64,000 nucleotides of DNA from assembly GCF_006345805.1 (NCBI RefSeq), contig NC_043008.1, positions 62,310,001 to 62,374,000 on the forward strand, given 5' to 3'. The notes under the pieces were generated by a model. The model did no database searches, was not told the origin of the DNA, and was given only the letters and a program-made list of their open reading frames with translations. The position numbers and the translations under genes are program-made. Origin of the DNA: Octopus sinensis (taxonomy: Eukaryota). Below are positions 24,903-38,429 of this stretch, one piece after another (position 1 is the stretch's first letter; each line of letters begins with the position of its first letter).

Positions 24903-25977
24903 TACACATGTACAATATGTAGGGCATCCAGTCATAAAATATTATCGTATATACAAGTCAACCCATACCAGCAAAGGAAAAGCAGACATCAAAATGATGA
25001 TAATAATGCTTGTAGTGTTGGTGGTGCTTGTGTTGTTGTTTGCTCCACTGAATTTAGTTTTTTTTTTTTTACGGTGTTTGTTGTAGTACTGCTGTTGTTG
25101 TTGTTGACATCATCATCCTTTTGGTGATGATGATGATGACGAAGATGATGATAAAGACGACTACGATGACGACGGCGACATTAGCTGAATTCTCTTATTA
25201 GCTACGCTACGCTTTCTTATGTGTCCTTTTTATAACCAATAATACCTGAAGGAATCATGAAAGAGATAATGCATTATCATTATCACTTACCACGTTGCTC
25301 TTGTTCAGAAACAAATTTTCTAGATAACGCTATATAGGTCTGCATTTGAATTACTTCCACTTCATTCTACACTGCTCTCCTCACTTTGCAATACTTCAGT
25401 CTGTGACAATGCACTCCTATCTATCCTTATATGTACAACTGTGCGTGTATGTATGCTTGAATGTATGTATACATGTCTGTGTGTATGTGTGTGTACGTAT
25501 GTACATATTAATACGTAAATGTGTTTATATATATGTGTGTGTATATAACATATGTAAATACACACACATTATATATAGTATATATATGTGTGTTTGTGTG
25601 TGCATATGTGTGTCTGTACATGTATATATATGTGTGTGTGTATGTATGTACATATTAATACGTAAATGTGTTTATATATATGTGTGTGTATATAACATAT
25701 GTAAATACACACACATTATATATAGTATATATATGTGTATTTGTGTGTGTATATGTGTGTCTGTACATGTATATATATATATATATGTGTGTGTGTGTAT
25801 GTATATAATATGTATGTGTATGTGTATATATATATACATATATATATGTATGTATATGTAGGCAGTCAAAATTTTGGATAATCTGTTATTAGTGCTTTTG
25901 TTCCTTCAACTGAAGTCTTCAAGGAATATTGAACCAAAATAAAGTTTGTGTGTGTGTGTGTGTGTGTGTATAGCATC

Positions 25978-26500
25978 ATCATCAACATCGTTTAACATCC
26001 ACTTTCCATGCTAGCATGGGTTTGATGATTTGACTGAGGACTGGCGAACCAGATGGCTGCACCAGGCTCCAATCTGATCTGGCAGAGTTTCTACAGCTGA
26101 ATGCCCTTCCTAACGCCAACCACTCTGAGAGTGTAGTGGGTGCTTTTACGTGCCACCGGCATGAGGGCGAGTCAGGCAGTACTGGCGAGGGCCACACTCA
26201 AACGATGTTTTTTATGTGCCACCTGCACAGGAGCCAGTCCAGTGACACTGGCAACGACCTTGCTTGAATGTTTTTTTCATGTGCCAGTAAGGTGACGCTG
26301 GTTACGATCACACTCAAATGTTGCTTTTTACGTGCCACCGGCATGGAAGCCAGTTAGCTGCTCTGGCAACGATCATGCTCGGATGGTGCGCTTAGCACTC
26401 CACTAGCACGGATGCCAGTCATCCAATTTGACTTCAATTTCATCGAATTTGATTTCGATTTCACTTGCCTCAACAGGTCTTCGAAAGTAGAGTTCAGTGT
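25978..26500 (-). mobile_element. SINE-like family C (hairpin modules plus 3' tail ending in (GAT)n)
   Basis: Shares GGTGGCACGTAAAA modules and the GGAAGGGCATCCAGCTGTAGAAA...CCATGCTAGCATGGAAA tail with other copies. Confidence 0.85.
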
Positions 26501-26509
26501 CCACTGGAG

Positions 26510-26597
<88 letters not shown>

Positions 26598-26689
26598 CGA
26601 TAGTGACAGAGAGAGATTTGGGTGTGTGAGGTATATGGTTATCTAAATACTTACAGGATGCTGTGTATAAATTATCTGATTTACAGAAA

Positions 26690-27240
26690 AATGAAAACAA
26701 CACTGACGTTTCATAATCCTTGCCTTCAGTCCTTTACAAGGAGTTTTGTTGGTTTCTTGCTCAACTGCACCCCACACATAATAATCAAGTGGATTACAGT
26801 CTGGGGAGTTAGGTGGCCAGATGCGAGGTGTGATGTCGCAAAAATTGTCTGACAGTCATGACTGGGTTGTCCTGCTTGTGTGACATGGTGCAGAGTCCTG
26901 TTGCCAGACACAGGGTCTTCCAGCAACCACTGTCTTGACCCAGAGCAGTACTACCTCCTCCAGGCACTTGATGTAGGTCTCTGTTTTGAGTCTGAGGCCG
27001 TGTGGGAAGATGAATGGAGTTCTTTTCTTATCTTATCAGAATGATGAGAGTTTTCTGAGCTGATGTACCTTTGTAATCACCATTAAACTCATCCACCTTA
27101 TTCTGAATCCTCTGCACTGTCCTCAGATTGACATCCAAACACTCTGAAATGTTTGTATTGGACCTTCTGGTGTGCATGCCAAGCAGTACAGCATGTCGTT
27201 TCCAAATCTCTGGTAGACTGACTTGCATTACGATGCTGTT
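26690..27240 (-). mobile_element. Internally deleted maT/DD37D-type Tc1/mariner relic
   Basis: N-terminus MQVSLPEIWKRHAVLLG...VQRI joined directly to PFIFPHGLRL...WQQDSAPCHT...WPPNSPDCNPLDYYVWG. Confidence 0.8.
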
Positions 27241-27574
27241 TTCACACAGATGGTGCCCAACTGACCCTACTATACACAGTATTTGACAAAATCAGAAACA
27301 GTGCATATGCAGGAAATTAAAAATATAAAATAGCAACAATTTACCCATCGCACCCTAAACACTCAGTAATGTACATTAGTGGTACGTGTTTCTACAGCTG
27401 AGTGAACTGGAGCAACATGAAGTGAAGTGTTTTATTCAAGAACACAATGCATCGCCTAGTCCAGGAATCGAAATGATCATGAGTCCAACACCCTAACCAC
27501 TAAGCCACGTGCCTTCACTAATTAGTATACTCATTATTAATTTTACCAAGAGATAACCTTGGATCATAGAGTGA

Positions 27575-28155
27575 CCTGCTGTTCTTGAGGAGACCTATTG
27601 AGTCAAATACATCAATACCAACATCAAAATAAAAATCAAATGGAAATTGTAGTTAAGATACCCATGCCGGTGACACGTAAAAAGCACCATCCGAACATGG
27701 CAGATGCCAGCACCGCCTGACTGGTATCTGTGTCGGTGACACATAAAAGCACCAACCAATCGTGGCTGTTTGCCAGCCTCCTCTGGCCTCTGTGCTGGTG
27801 ATGCGAAAAGAGCACCCACTACACTCACAGAGTGGTTGGCGTTAAGAAGGCCATCCAGCTGTAGAAACACTGCCAGATCAGACTGGAGCCTGGCACAGCC
27901 TCCGAACATGGTAGATGACAGTGCCGCCTGACTGGCGTCCGTGTCGGTGACACATAAAAGCACCAACCAATCGTGGTCGTTTGCCAGCCTCATGGAGTGG
28001 TTGGTGTTAGGAAGGCCATCTAGCTGTAGAAACACTACCAGATCAGACTGGAGCCTGGCACAGCTTCCTGCCTTCCCAGACCCCAGTTGAACTGTCCAAC
28101 CCATGCTAGCATGGAAAACGGACGTTAAACGATGATGATGATGATGATGATGATG
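27575..28155 (+). mobile_element. SINE family C with internal partial duplication
   Basis: The module plus tail-proximal block occurs twice (about 27690-27900 and 27901-28060), then the (GAT)n tail. Confidence 0.85.
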
Positions 28156-29114
28156 TCAATACTTAACATGCAGGTCATCATTTTACATGTCATTCAGTAC
28201 TTTAAGAAAGTAGCAGATAAATACTGCGGTTGATTTAATCAGCAAACGGTTGCACTGAATTTTCTGGCTTTGTATCCCACGATAGATAAAAGTCATTAGC
28301 AGCAGTAGGGGTTAAGCACTTAAATTGATCCCAGTTCCTTGATGCTACTATAATTTATCAAAACTGGAAGAATAAAGGGTAAATTTGGCTTTGGAAGAAT
28401 TTGAACTCTAAACTTAGAGAAGCATCATAAATACTGCAAGATATTTTGTATGATGCAGTAAGGATAGTATCAGTAAATATTATTATCAATCATTTCCTGC
28501 TCTTAACAATGCCAGACATTTTCCATTGTGCTAATAGAGAATTTACTCAATCCTTCACTACATAAGTAATTTCATAGCTGTTGTTTATATTTCTGTTGTT
28601 CTTTTTTCATTATATAGTTTCTAAACTTGCTACACAGAAGTGATTAAAAACTATACCTAAAAAATATTCTAAGCTTTTTTATCGACGTTAGAAAAAAAAA
28701 ACTAAGCTAATATGAAAATGTGCGTGCATGTGTTTGTGTGTGTGTTTGTGCGGATACTAAACTTTAATAGAGAGAGGGATAGAGGCAACTACTCTGTTAG
28801 CTGATTAATTATTAGATTGAGACGTGTCATAGACTTGAGCATGACTGTTCTCGCAATGGGATTTAATTTGAAATAATAACCTTCCATAACCTCAGACAGC
28901 TTTGAAATGACAGTGGAGAGGATCAAACTTTATCTAACTTAATAGAAACACAGCAATCATGTATATATGTATATATATATGTATATATATATATATACAT
29001 CATCATCATCATCATCATCATTTAGCGTCCGTTTTCCATGCTAGCATGGGTTGGACGGTTTAACTGGGGTCTGTGAAGCCAGAAGGCTTCATCAGGCCCA
29101 GTCAGATTCGGCAG

Positions 29115-30030
<916 letters not shown>

Positions 30031-30036
30031 TATGCA

Positions 30037-31825
30037 TGGCACATAAAGACACCATCCGAAGACCCGGCGACGTAGTCAGTCCACCTGTGCATACCTTCCC
30101 TCTTATGACACTTGTGAAGACCTGTTGAGGCAAGTGTGTGACACTTGTGAAGACCTGTTGAGGCAGAGGCAAGTGTGTGACACTTTGTGAAGACCTGTTG
30201 AGGCAGAGGCAAGTGTGTGACACTTGTGGAGACCTGTTGAGGCAAGTGTGTGACACGTGTGACACTTGTGAAGACTGTTGAGGCAAGTGAAAATCAAACC
30301 AAATCAAAATAGATGAACATCAATGGAATTGTATCTTTGTGGTTCCAGTACCGGTGGCACACAAGAAAACCATCCGAACGTGGCCGTAGCCAGTACCGCA
30401 TCGACTGGCCTCCGTGCTGTGGGCACAACAAACACCATCTGATCGTGGCCGTTCGCCAGCCTCATCTGGCACCTGTGTCGGTGGCACATAAAAACACCAT
30501 CCGAAGACCCGGCGACGTAGTCAGTCCACCTGTGCATACCTTCCTTCTTATGACACTTGTGAAGACCTGTTGAGGCAAGTGTGTGACACTTGTGTAGACC
30601 TGTTGAGGCAAGTGAAAATCAAATCAAATCAAACCAAATCAAAATAGATGAACATCAATGGAATTTGTATCTTTGTGGTTCCAGTAGCGGTGGCACACAA
30701 GAAAACCATCCGAACGTGGCCGTAGCCAGTACCGCATCGACTGGCCTCCGTGCTGTGGGCACGTAACAAACACCATCCGATCGTGGCCGTTCGCCAGCCT
30801 CATCTGGCACCTGTGTCGGTGGCACATAAAAACACCAACTGAAGACCCGCAAGACTAGTCAGGCCATAACCCGTGGACCCTACCTGGGACGTAGTCAGTC
30901 CACCTGTGCATACCTTCCTTCCTTCTTGTGACACTTGTGAAGACCTGTGAAGACCTGTTGAGGCAAGTGAAAATCAAATCAAATCAAATCAAAACAAATC
31001 AAAATAGATGAACATCAATGGAATTTGTATCTTTGTGGTACCAGTGCCGGTGGCACACAAGAAAACCATCCAAACATGGCCGTAGCCAGTACCGCATCGA
31101 CTGGCCTCCGTGCTGTGGGCACGTAACAAACACCATCCGATCGTGGCTGTTCGCCAGCCTCATCTGGCACCTGTGTCGGTGGCACATAAAAACACCATCC
31201 GAAGACCCGGCAAGACTAGTCAGGCCATAACCCGTGGCTCCTACCTGGGACGTAGTCAGTCCACCTGTGCATACCTTCCTTCTTGTGACACTTGTGAAGA
31301 CCTGTTGAGGCAAGTGAAAATCAAAACAAATCAAAATAGATGAACATCAATGGAATTTGTATCTTTGTGGTACCAGTGCCGGTGGCACACAAGAAAATCA
31401 TCCGAACGTGGGCGTAGCCAGTACCACATAGACTGGCCTCCGTGCTTTGGGGACGTAACAAACACCATCCGATCGTGGCCGTCCGCCAGCCTCATCTGGC
31501 ACCTGTGTCGGTGGCACATAAAAACACCATCCGAGCGTGGCCGTCTGCCAGCCTCGTCTGGCACCTGTGTCGGTGGCACATAAAATACACCATCCGAGCG
31601 TGGCCGTTCGCCAGCCTCGTCTGGCACCTGTGTCGGTGGCACATAAAATCACCCACTACACTCTCGGAGTGGTTGGCGTTAGGAAGGGCATCCAGCTGTA
31701 GAAACACTGCCAGATCTGACTGGCCTGGTGCAGCCTTTGGGCTCCCCAGACCCCAGTTGAACCGTCCAACCCATGCTAGCATGGAAAACGGACGCTAAAT
31801 GATGATGATGATGATGATGATGATG
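30037..31825 (+). repeat. Hierarchical tandem array of the family C 5' part (332-360 bp units) ending in one family C tail
   Basis: AGATGAACATCAATGG at 30311, 30646, 31006 and 31338; only the last unit runs into the tail and (GAT)n. Confidence 0.92.
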
Positions 31826-31829
31826 TATC

Positions 31830-32120
31830 CTTTTCAAGACTAGCCAGGCTCATGGGCCCGGTTTCCCGGTTTCTGTAGTGTATGCATTCCCCCCAGCTGG
31901 ACAGGACGGCAGTCGATCACAGCATTACTCAAGAAACATGAAGAGAGAGTGAAAGAAAGTTGGAGCTAAAGAGTAGAACAGGAGTCGCCACCAGCCCCTG
32001 CCGGGGCCTCTTGGAGCTTTAGGCATTTTCACTCAACAAACACACACAACGCCCTGTCTGGGAATCGAAACTGCGATCCTCCGACCGCGAGTCCGCTGCC
32101 CTAACCACTGGGCCATTTCA
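31830..32120 (-). mobile_element. SINE family E (tRNA-like head; GAAACCGGGAAACCGG...ATGAGCC tail)
   Basis: Homologous to 40385-40678 (minus) and 53538-53845 (plus). Confidence 0.8.
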
Positions 32121-32161
32121 CCTCCACACACACACACACACACATATATACATATACATAC

Positions 32162-32193
<32 letters not shown>

Positions 32194-32202
32194 GTATAGG
32201 TA

Positions 32203-32690
32203 TGGTTGTTGTCTATTCCTTATGCAGAGTCTGACCACCGCTTGTATTTGCACCTTATATCCATCATGGTGTCTGATGTGGCTTTTTAAACCAGACAATA
32301 TTTTGGAAAGACACCCACATACATTGCATATCCGATTTGGACCACCAGAGCTGCAGATAAGTTCTGAACTTTGTGGATCTTAAAATGTCTTTTTAGGCCT
32401 CTGTTAGATTTGCCGACCTTATAGCATACATGTCATTCACGGGTGTGCACAAATATATGGGCTGAGTAGTTGGTGGGGGTTCATATTCCATGGGTCCACA
32501 AATGAGATTTGAGCCCAGCAAAAGAAAGGCAAGACCTGTCACAAATTGTGCACACAAAATGGTTGCTGAGATTCACCTTCCCATTGATTGCAATCTCCTT
32601 GTTTTGAGTCTTTCATGGGTCATTGTGGCCTCTTCAAAAGCTTTCACTCCACATCCAGCTCTATCTGAAGCAAGGGTTTCTATGGCATGT
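32203..32690 (-). mobile_element. RTE-like LINE 3' fragment with three C2H2 motifs
   Basis: ETLASDRAG..GVKAFEE, then CTICDRSCLSFAGLKSHLWTH, *HVCYKVGKSNRGLKRHFKIH and CNVCGCLSKILSGLKSHIRHH, across frameshifts. Confidence 0.7.
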
Positions 32691-32747
32691 GCATACATAT
32701 ATATTATATTATATATATATATTATATTATATACATATATATTATAT

Positions 32748-32797
<50 letters not shown>

Positions 32798-33225
32798 GAG
32801 CAAAACGCCCCCGGTCCAATGGACGGTGCTGAGTTGTCAAGCATTTAAACCAAATTTTCTCAAAACAACTTGTCCGACCGTCTCATAGACCTCCATCTTG
32901 AGGAACACTGATTTAACCTAAATTTGAGACCAGCAAAAGAAGAAATAAAGATAGACTTTTTTTCTATTCCAAAGAAAAACAATTTTATTCACACAAATAT
33001 GCAACCGAAGAGTTTAAAGTACCAGTAATGATAAGGCTGTTGATTGGGAGAACAGCTTTATCGATCGCATTCTCACCTGGAATCGATTTTTGGAATTTAA
33101 AAAAAAAATTATGCATGCCCTGATATTATCGGTATCTACATATCGAATTTAAGTGCAATCGGATGGAGGATGCCTGAGATACTAGAAGACACACACACAG
33201 ACAACGAATTTCATATAATATATAT

Positions 33226-33660
33226 AAATCAAAATCAAAATCGATCAACATCAATGGAAATTGCAGCTGTGATACCAGTGCTGGTGGTACGTAAGAAAAC
33301 CATCCGAACGTGGCCGTTGTCAGCACCGCCCCAACTGGCCTCATACTGGTGGCACGTAAAATGCACCATCCGATCGTGGCCGTTGCCAGCCTCGCATGGC
33401 CCCCGTGCCGGTGGCACGTAAACAGCACTATCCAATCGTGGCTGTTTGCCAGCCTCGTCTGGCACCTGTGCCGGTGGCACGTAAAAAGCACCCACTGCAC
33501 TCACGGAGTGGTTGGTGTTAGGAAGGGCATCCAGCTGTAGAAACATTGCCAGATCAGACAGGGCCTGGTACAGCCTTCTGGCTTCCCAGACTCCAGTTGA
33601 ACCGTCCAACCCATGCTAGCATGGAAAGCAGATGCTAAGCGATGATGATGATGATGATGA
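33226..33660 (+). mobile_element. SINE family C monomer with ~62-bp hairpin modules
   Basis: Same modules and tail as 31338-31825. Confidence 0.87.
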
Positions 33661-34097
33661 TATATATATATAGCTAATTGCGTCATTTTTGTGAATCACT
33701 GGGTTAGATAAATAATATTGGGCATTGTTTTATGAGAAATCCTTCTCGTATCATTAATGTTGACATAATTCTTGATTAAGTGGTTTCTTATTCTACCTTC
33801 TAGGACACAAACCTAAAGGACAATTTATTGATAGAAGAAATTAGGAACCTCAATCCATTTAATTGCTAATGCATCTGAAAAGCTTACCTGCTTCTCAGTA
33901 GATTGAATGACAAACAGCTTTAATGGATTTCAACCTTTATCTGGAATTCATCAGAAAGTGTCTACCTCACTTGATCAATCCTAAATAAATAAGTAGCAAA
34001 TCCATTTATATACACATGGAATCTAGAAGCTCCATAGACCTAGAGCTGATAATTTGCATACTATACGTGCGTAATGTTTTGCTTAATATTAGAGGAC

Positions 34098-35231
34098 AGC
34101 AAGGAGGTGAAGTGGCAGAAACGTTAGCATGCTAGGCGAAATGCTTAGCAGTATTTCATCTGTCTTTACATTCTGAGTTCAAATTCTGCCGAGGTCAACT
34201 TTGCCTTTCATCCTTTCAGAGTCGATAAATTAAGTACCAGTTACGCACTGGGGTCGATGTAATCGACTTAATCCGTTTGTCTGTCCTTGTTTGTCCTCTC
34301 TGTGTTTAGCTCCTTGTGGGTAGTAAAGAAATAGGTATTTTGTCTGTCTTTACATTCTGAGTTCAAATTCTGCCGAGGTCAACTTTACCTTTCATCCTTT
34401 CAAAGTCGATAAATTAAGTACCAGTTACGCACTGGGGTCGATATGATTGACTTAATCCGTTTGTCTGTCCTTGTTTGTCCTCTCTGTGTTTAGCTCCTTG
34501 TGGGTAGTAAAGAAATAGGTATTTTGTCTGTCTTTACATTCTGAGTTCAAATTCTGCCGAGGTCAACTTTACCTTTCATCCTTTCAAAGTCGATAAATAA
34601 GTACCAGTTACGCACTGGAGTCGATGTAATCGACTTAATCCGTTGTCTGTCCTTGTTTGTCCTCTCTGTGTTTAGCTCCTTGTGGGTAGTAAAGAAATAG
34701 GTATTTTGTCTGTCTTTACATTCTGAGTTCAAATTCTGCCGAGGTCAACTTTACCTTTCATCCTTTCAAAGTCGATAAATTAAGTACCAGTTACGCACTG
34801 GGGTCGATATGATTGACTTAATCCGTTTGTCTGTCCTTGTTTGTCCTCTCTGTGTTTAGCCCCTTGTGGGTAGTAAAGAAATAGGTGTTTTGTCTGTCTT
34901 TACATTCTGAGTTCAAATTCTGCCAAGGTCGACTTATCCTTTCATCTTTTCAGGGTCGATAAATTAAGTACCAGTTACGCACTGGGTCGATATAATCAAC
35001 ATAATCCGTTTGTCTGTCCTTGTTTGTCCTCTCTGTGTTTAGCCCCTTGTGGGTAGTAAAGAAATAGGTATTTTGTCTGTCTTTACATTCTGAGTTCAAA
35101 TTCTGCCAAGGTCAACTTTACCTTTCATCCTTTCAAGGTTGGTAAATTAAGTATCAGTTGCGTACTGGGCTCGATCTAATTGACTGGCTCCCTCTCCCAA
35201 AATATCGGGTCTTGTGCCTAGAGTAGGAAAG
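34098..35231 (+). mobile_element. SINE A multimer: head, five ~184-bp bodies with the Tx1-like tail, and one body with tail type 2
   Basis: Units start at 34151, 34335, 34519, 34701, 34885 and 35068. Flanked by the 13-bp direct repeat AATATTAGAGGAC (34085-34097, 35232-35244). Confidence 0.93.
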
Positions 35232-35665
35232 AATATTAGAGGACTGTTACTGGGAGTTCAATTCATGCAATATCAAAGTAAGATATATGTAAACCTGAGC
35301 AATAGACATACAAATGTGTCAAAATTACCCGTTCCTTGCAAATTCGAAAAATGATGAACAGCCTTCATCCCTTTTAAATACACACATAATTTGTGAAGGC
35401 ACATAGCTCAATGGTAAGGACATCAGACTTACAATCATGAGGTTGTGAGTTCAATTCCTAGACCAAGCTGTGTGTTGTGTTCTTGAGCAAGACACTTTAT
35501 TTTCCCGCTTTGCTCTAGTTCACTCAGCTGTAGAAATGAATTGTATAGAACAAGTTTCTTCCACTTCCCATCTACAAAATCCAGTTAAAGGGTTTTGGTT
35601 GGATGGTTGCTTCTTATAAAAGCTTGCTCAGTTCTCAGATTTGATCTGTTGATATCTCTGAATAT

Positions 35666-35868
35666 CGGCGAGCTGGCAGAACCGGGTGAAATGCGTAGCC
35701 GTATTTCGTCTGCTGCTACGTTCTGAGTTCAAATTCCGCCAATGTCGACTTTGCCTTTCATCCTTTCAGGGTCGATAAATTAAGTACCAGTTATGCACTG
35801 GGGTTGATATAATCGACATAATCCGTTTGTCTGTCCTTGTTTGTCCCCTTGTGGGTAGTAAAGAAATA
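35666..35868 (+). mobile_element. SINE A monomer with 15-bp TSD
   Basis: GATATCTCTGAATAT at 35651-35665 and 35869-35883; the element ends ...GTAAAGAAATA with no poly(A). Confidence 0.92.
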
Positions 35869-36555
35869 GATATCTCTGAATATACCCACTATTGTTCAGG
35901 AACAAAATCAAATCAATTTTGTAATACGTTTGAAAGTTACTTAGAATTCATCATTTACTTGAATAAAAAATGTCTGGTAGAAACAAATGTCGCTGCTTTG
36001 TTTTATTTTTTTTTTTTGGTTTGTGTCAAAATGTTTTTTTTACAACCAGTTCGTTCATATTAAATATTTACTTGTTGTCGCCAACTACTAGCCTTTACAT
36101 TGGTTTTTCAAGTGACAAAAAAACCGTTGGCATATGTGTAGTGTTGTTTTTATGCAATTCATCAAATTTGTCAACTTCACTAACATCATATTAATCATCA
36201 GCATCATTTAACATCCTTTTTCCATGCTGGCATGGGTTGGACAGTTTGACAGGAGTTAGTCAGCTGGAGTAAGTTGCCTGGGCTCATATCTGTTTTGGCA
36301 TGGTTTCTACAGCTGGATGCCCTTCCTAATGCCAACCCCTTTACAGTGTGTACTGAGTGCCTTCACGCAGCACTAGCATGAGTGCTTTTATATGGTACCG
36401 GTACTGGTGCTTTTTTTTGTGGTACCAACACCCACAAGCCTGGAAGATCAGGAATCCTCAGCTGAAGAGTGATGCAGGATACACGCCTGTGTATAAAGGA
36501 CAACCTGGTATTTACTTAGATGATGTGTTTGCTCAAGCACAGCAAACTGCCAGAA

Positions 36556-37196
36556 GGTGGCGAGCTGGCAGAAACATTAGCACGCCGGGCGAAATGCTTA
36601 GCAATATTTTGTCTGCCGCTACATTCTGAGTTCAAATTTCGCCGAGGTCCACTTTGCCTTTCATCCTTAAATAAGTACCAGTTACACACTGGGGTTGATA
36701 TAATCGACTTAATCTGTTTGTCTGTCCTTGTTTGTCCTCTCTGTGTTTAGCCCCTTGTGGGTAGTAAAAAAATTTATAAGGCGGCAAGCTGGCAGAATCG
36801 TTAGCACACCAGGCTAAATACTTAGCGGTATTTAGTCTGCCGTTACGTTTGGAGTTCAAATTCCACCGAGATTGACTTTTCCTTTCAGGCTTTCAGGGTC
36901 AATAAATTAAGTACCAGTTATGCACTGGGGTCAATGTAATCGACTTAATCCATTTGTCTGTCATTGTTTGTCCCCTCTGTGTTTATCCCCTTGTGGGTAG
37001 CATAGAAATAGGTATTTCATCTGCTGCTATGTTCTGAGTTCAAATTCTGCCGAGGTCAACTTTTCCTTTCATCCTTTCAGTGTCAATAAATTAAGTACCA
37101 GTTAAACACTGGGGTCAATGTAATCAACTTAATCCATTTACCTGTCCTTGTTTGTCCCCTCTATGATTAGCCCCTTGTGGGCAATAAAGAAATAAG
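36556..37196 (+). mobile_element. SINE A monomer followed by a SINE A head+2-body dimer
   Basis: Second head at ~36779; internal junction GAAATAG|GTATTTC at ~37013. Confidence 0.88.
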
Positions 37197-37854
37197 AAGT
37201 TTTGGTCCCCTGTGATATCTTCTGTGAGGCCCAACATCTGAAAATCCTTTTTCACCACTACATCCAACATCTTCCTCGGTCTAACCCTTCCATGTGTTCC
37301 CTCCACATGCAGACCCTTGCACTTCTTGATGAAACTGTCATCATTCATAACATTTATTCTAAAACCACTGGAAATATTTTTTCACAAAATGTTTGAATAT
37401 ATTTTTATAATATATTTATTTACTTTATTATATATTTTTTTTTCTTTTTGGCCTGTATCTTATTTGTGCAAAATTAAAGGCTTTTGCCCGTTTATGGAAT
37501 GTGCTTCACTGATATAATTGTGTTCAATGTTACTTAATGTAAGACACCTATTCAAAATGCCTGGGATCTTTTTTTTATTTAATGGGTGAGAAAAATTAAA
37601 AGAAACACAGTCCGCTTTTATGCTTTGAGCTAAATGCAAACAGATTAAAAACAGAAAAATATCATTATTTTTCATTTTGAAAATTATTTACATAAAATAA
37701 ACCATAATACCAAAAAAAAAAAGAAAGTAAAGACATTATCAAGACAAGGAACAACAGCAAAATGAATCAGGGAGTAAGAGGAGAAAGAGACGACGATGAA
37801 GGAGAAAGAAGGAGAGAAGAGGTATAAGAAGGGGAATAATAATAATAATAATTG

Positions 37855-38200
37855 TGAAGGTGCATGGCTCAGTGGTTAGAGCATCAAGCTTATGATCGTG
37901 AGGTTGTGAGCTCGAATCCGAGACCGGGCTGCGTGTTGTGTTCTTGAGCAAGACACTTTATTTCACGTTGCTCCAGTTCACTCAGCTGTAGAAATGAGTT
38001 GCGATGTCACAGGGGCCAAGCTGTATCGGCCCCTTTGCCTTTCCCTTGGATAACATCAGTGGTGTGGAGAGGGGAGGCCGGTATATATGGGCGACTGCTG
38101 GTCTTCCATAAGCAACCTTGCCCAGACTTGTGCCTTGGAGGCTAACTTTCTAGGTGGAATTCCATGGTCTCTGTCATGACCGAAGGTGGGGGGGGTCTCA
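37855..38200 (+). mobile_element. SINE D inserted in (AAT)n
   Basis: Family D sequence with (AAT)n on both sides. Confidence 0.87.
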
Positions 38201-38202
<2 letters not shown>

Positions 38203-38237
<35 letters not shown>

Positions 38238-38252
38238 GAGGAGGAGGAGAAG

Positions 38253-38283
<31 letters not shown>

Positions 38284-38338
38284 GGAAGAAGAAGAAGTGG
38301 AAGAAGAAGAAGAGGAGGAAGAAGAGGAGGAGGAGGAG

Positions 38339-38373
<35 letters not shown>

Positions 38374-38394
38374 AGGGGAAGAAAAGGGGAGGAA

Positions 38395-38429
<35 letters not shown>

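Noticed and set aside
33888-33980. Minus-strand exon with good acceptor and donor
   Set aside because: Stop codons in all three frames; at most a non-coding exon.
34098-34200. SINE heads (families A, B, D, E) as tRNA genes
   Set aside because: A/B-box-like motifs are present, but they continue into SINE bodies in many diverged copies, several with TSDs.
30037-35231. CRISPR-like appearance of the two arrays
   Set aside because: Eukaryotic context, whole units repeat with no unique spacers, no cas genes; both are SINE-derived.
36430-36545. YLDDVF motif resembling an RT active site
   Set aside because: No other RT motifs nearby; short segment between SINEs.
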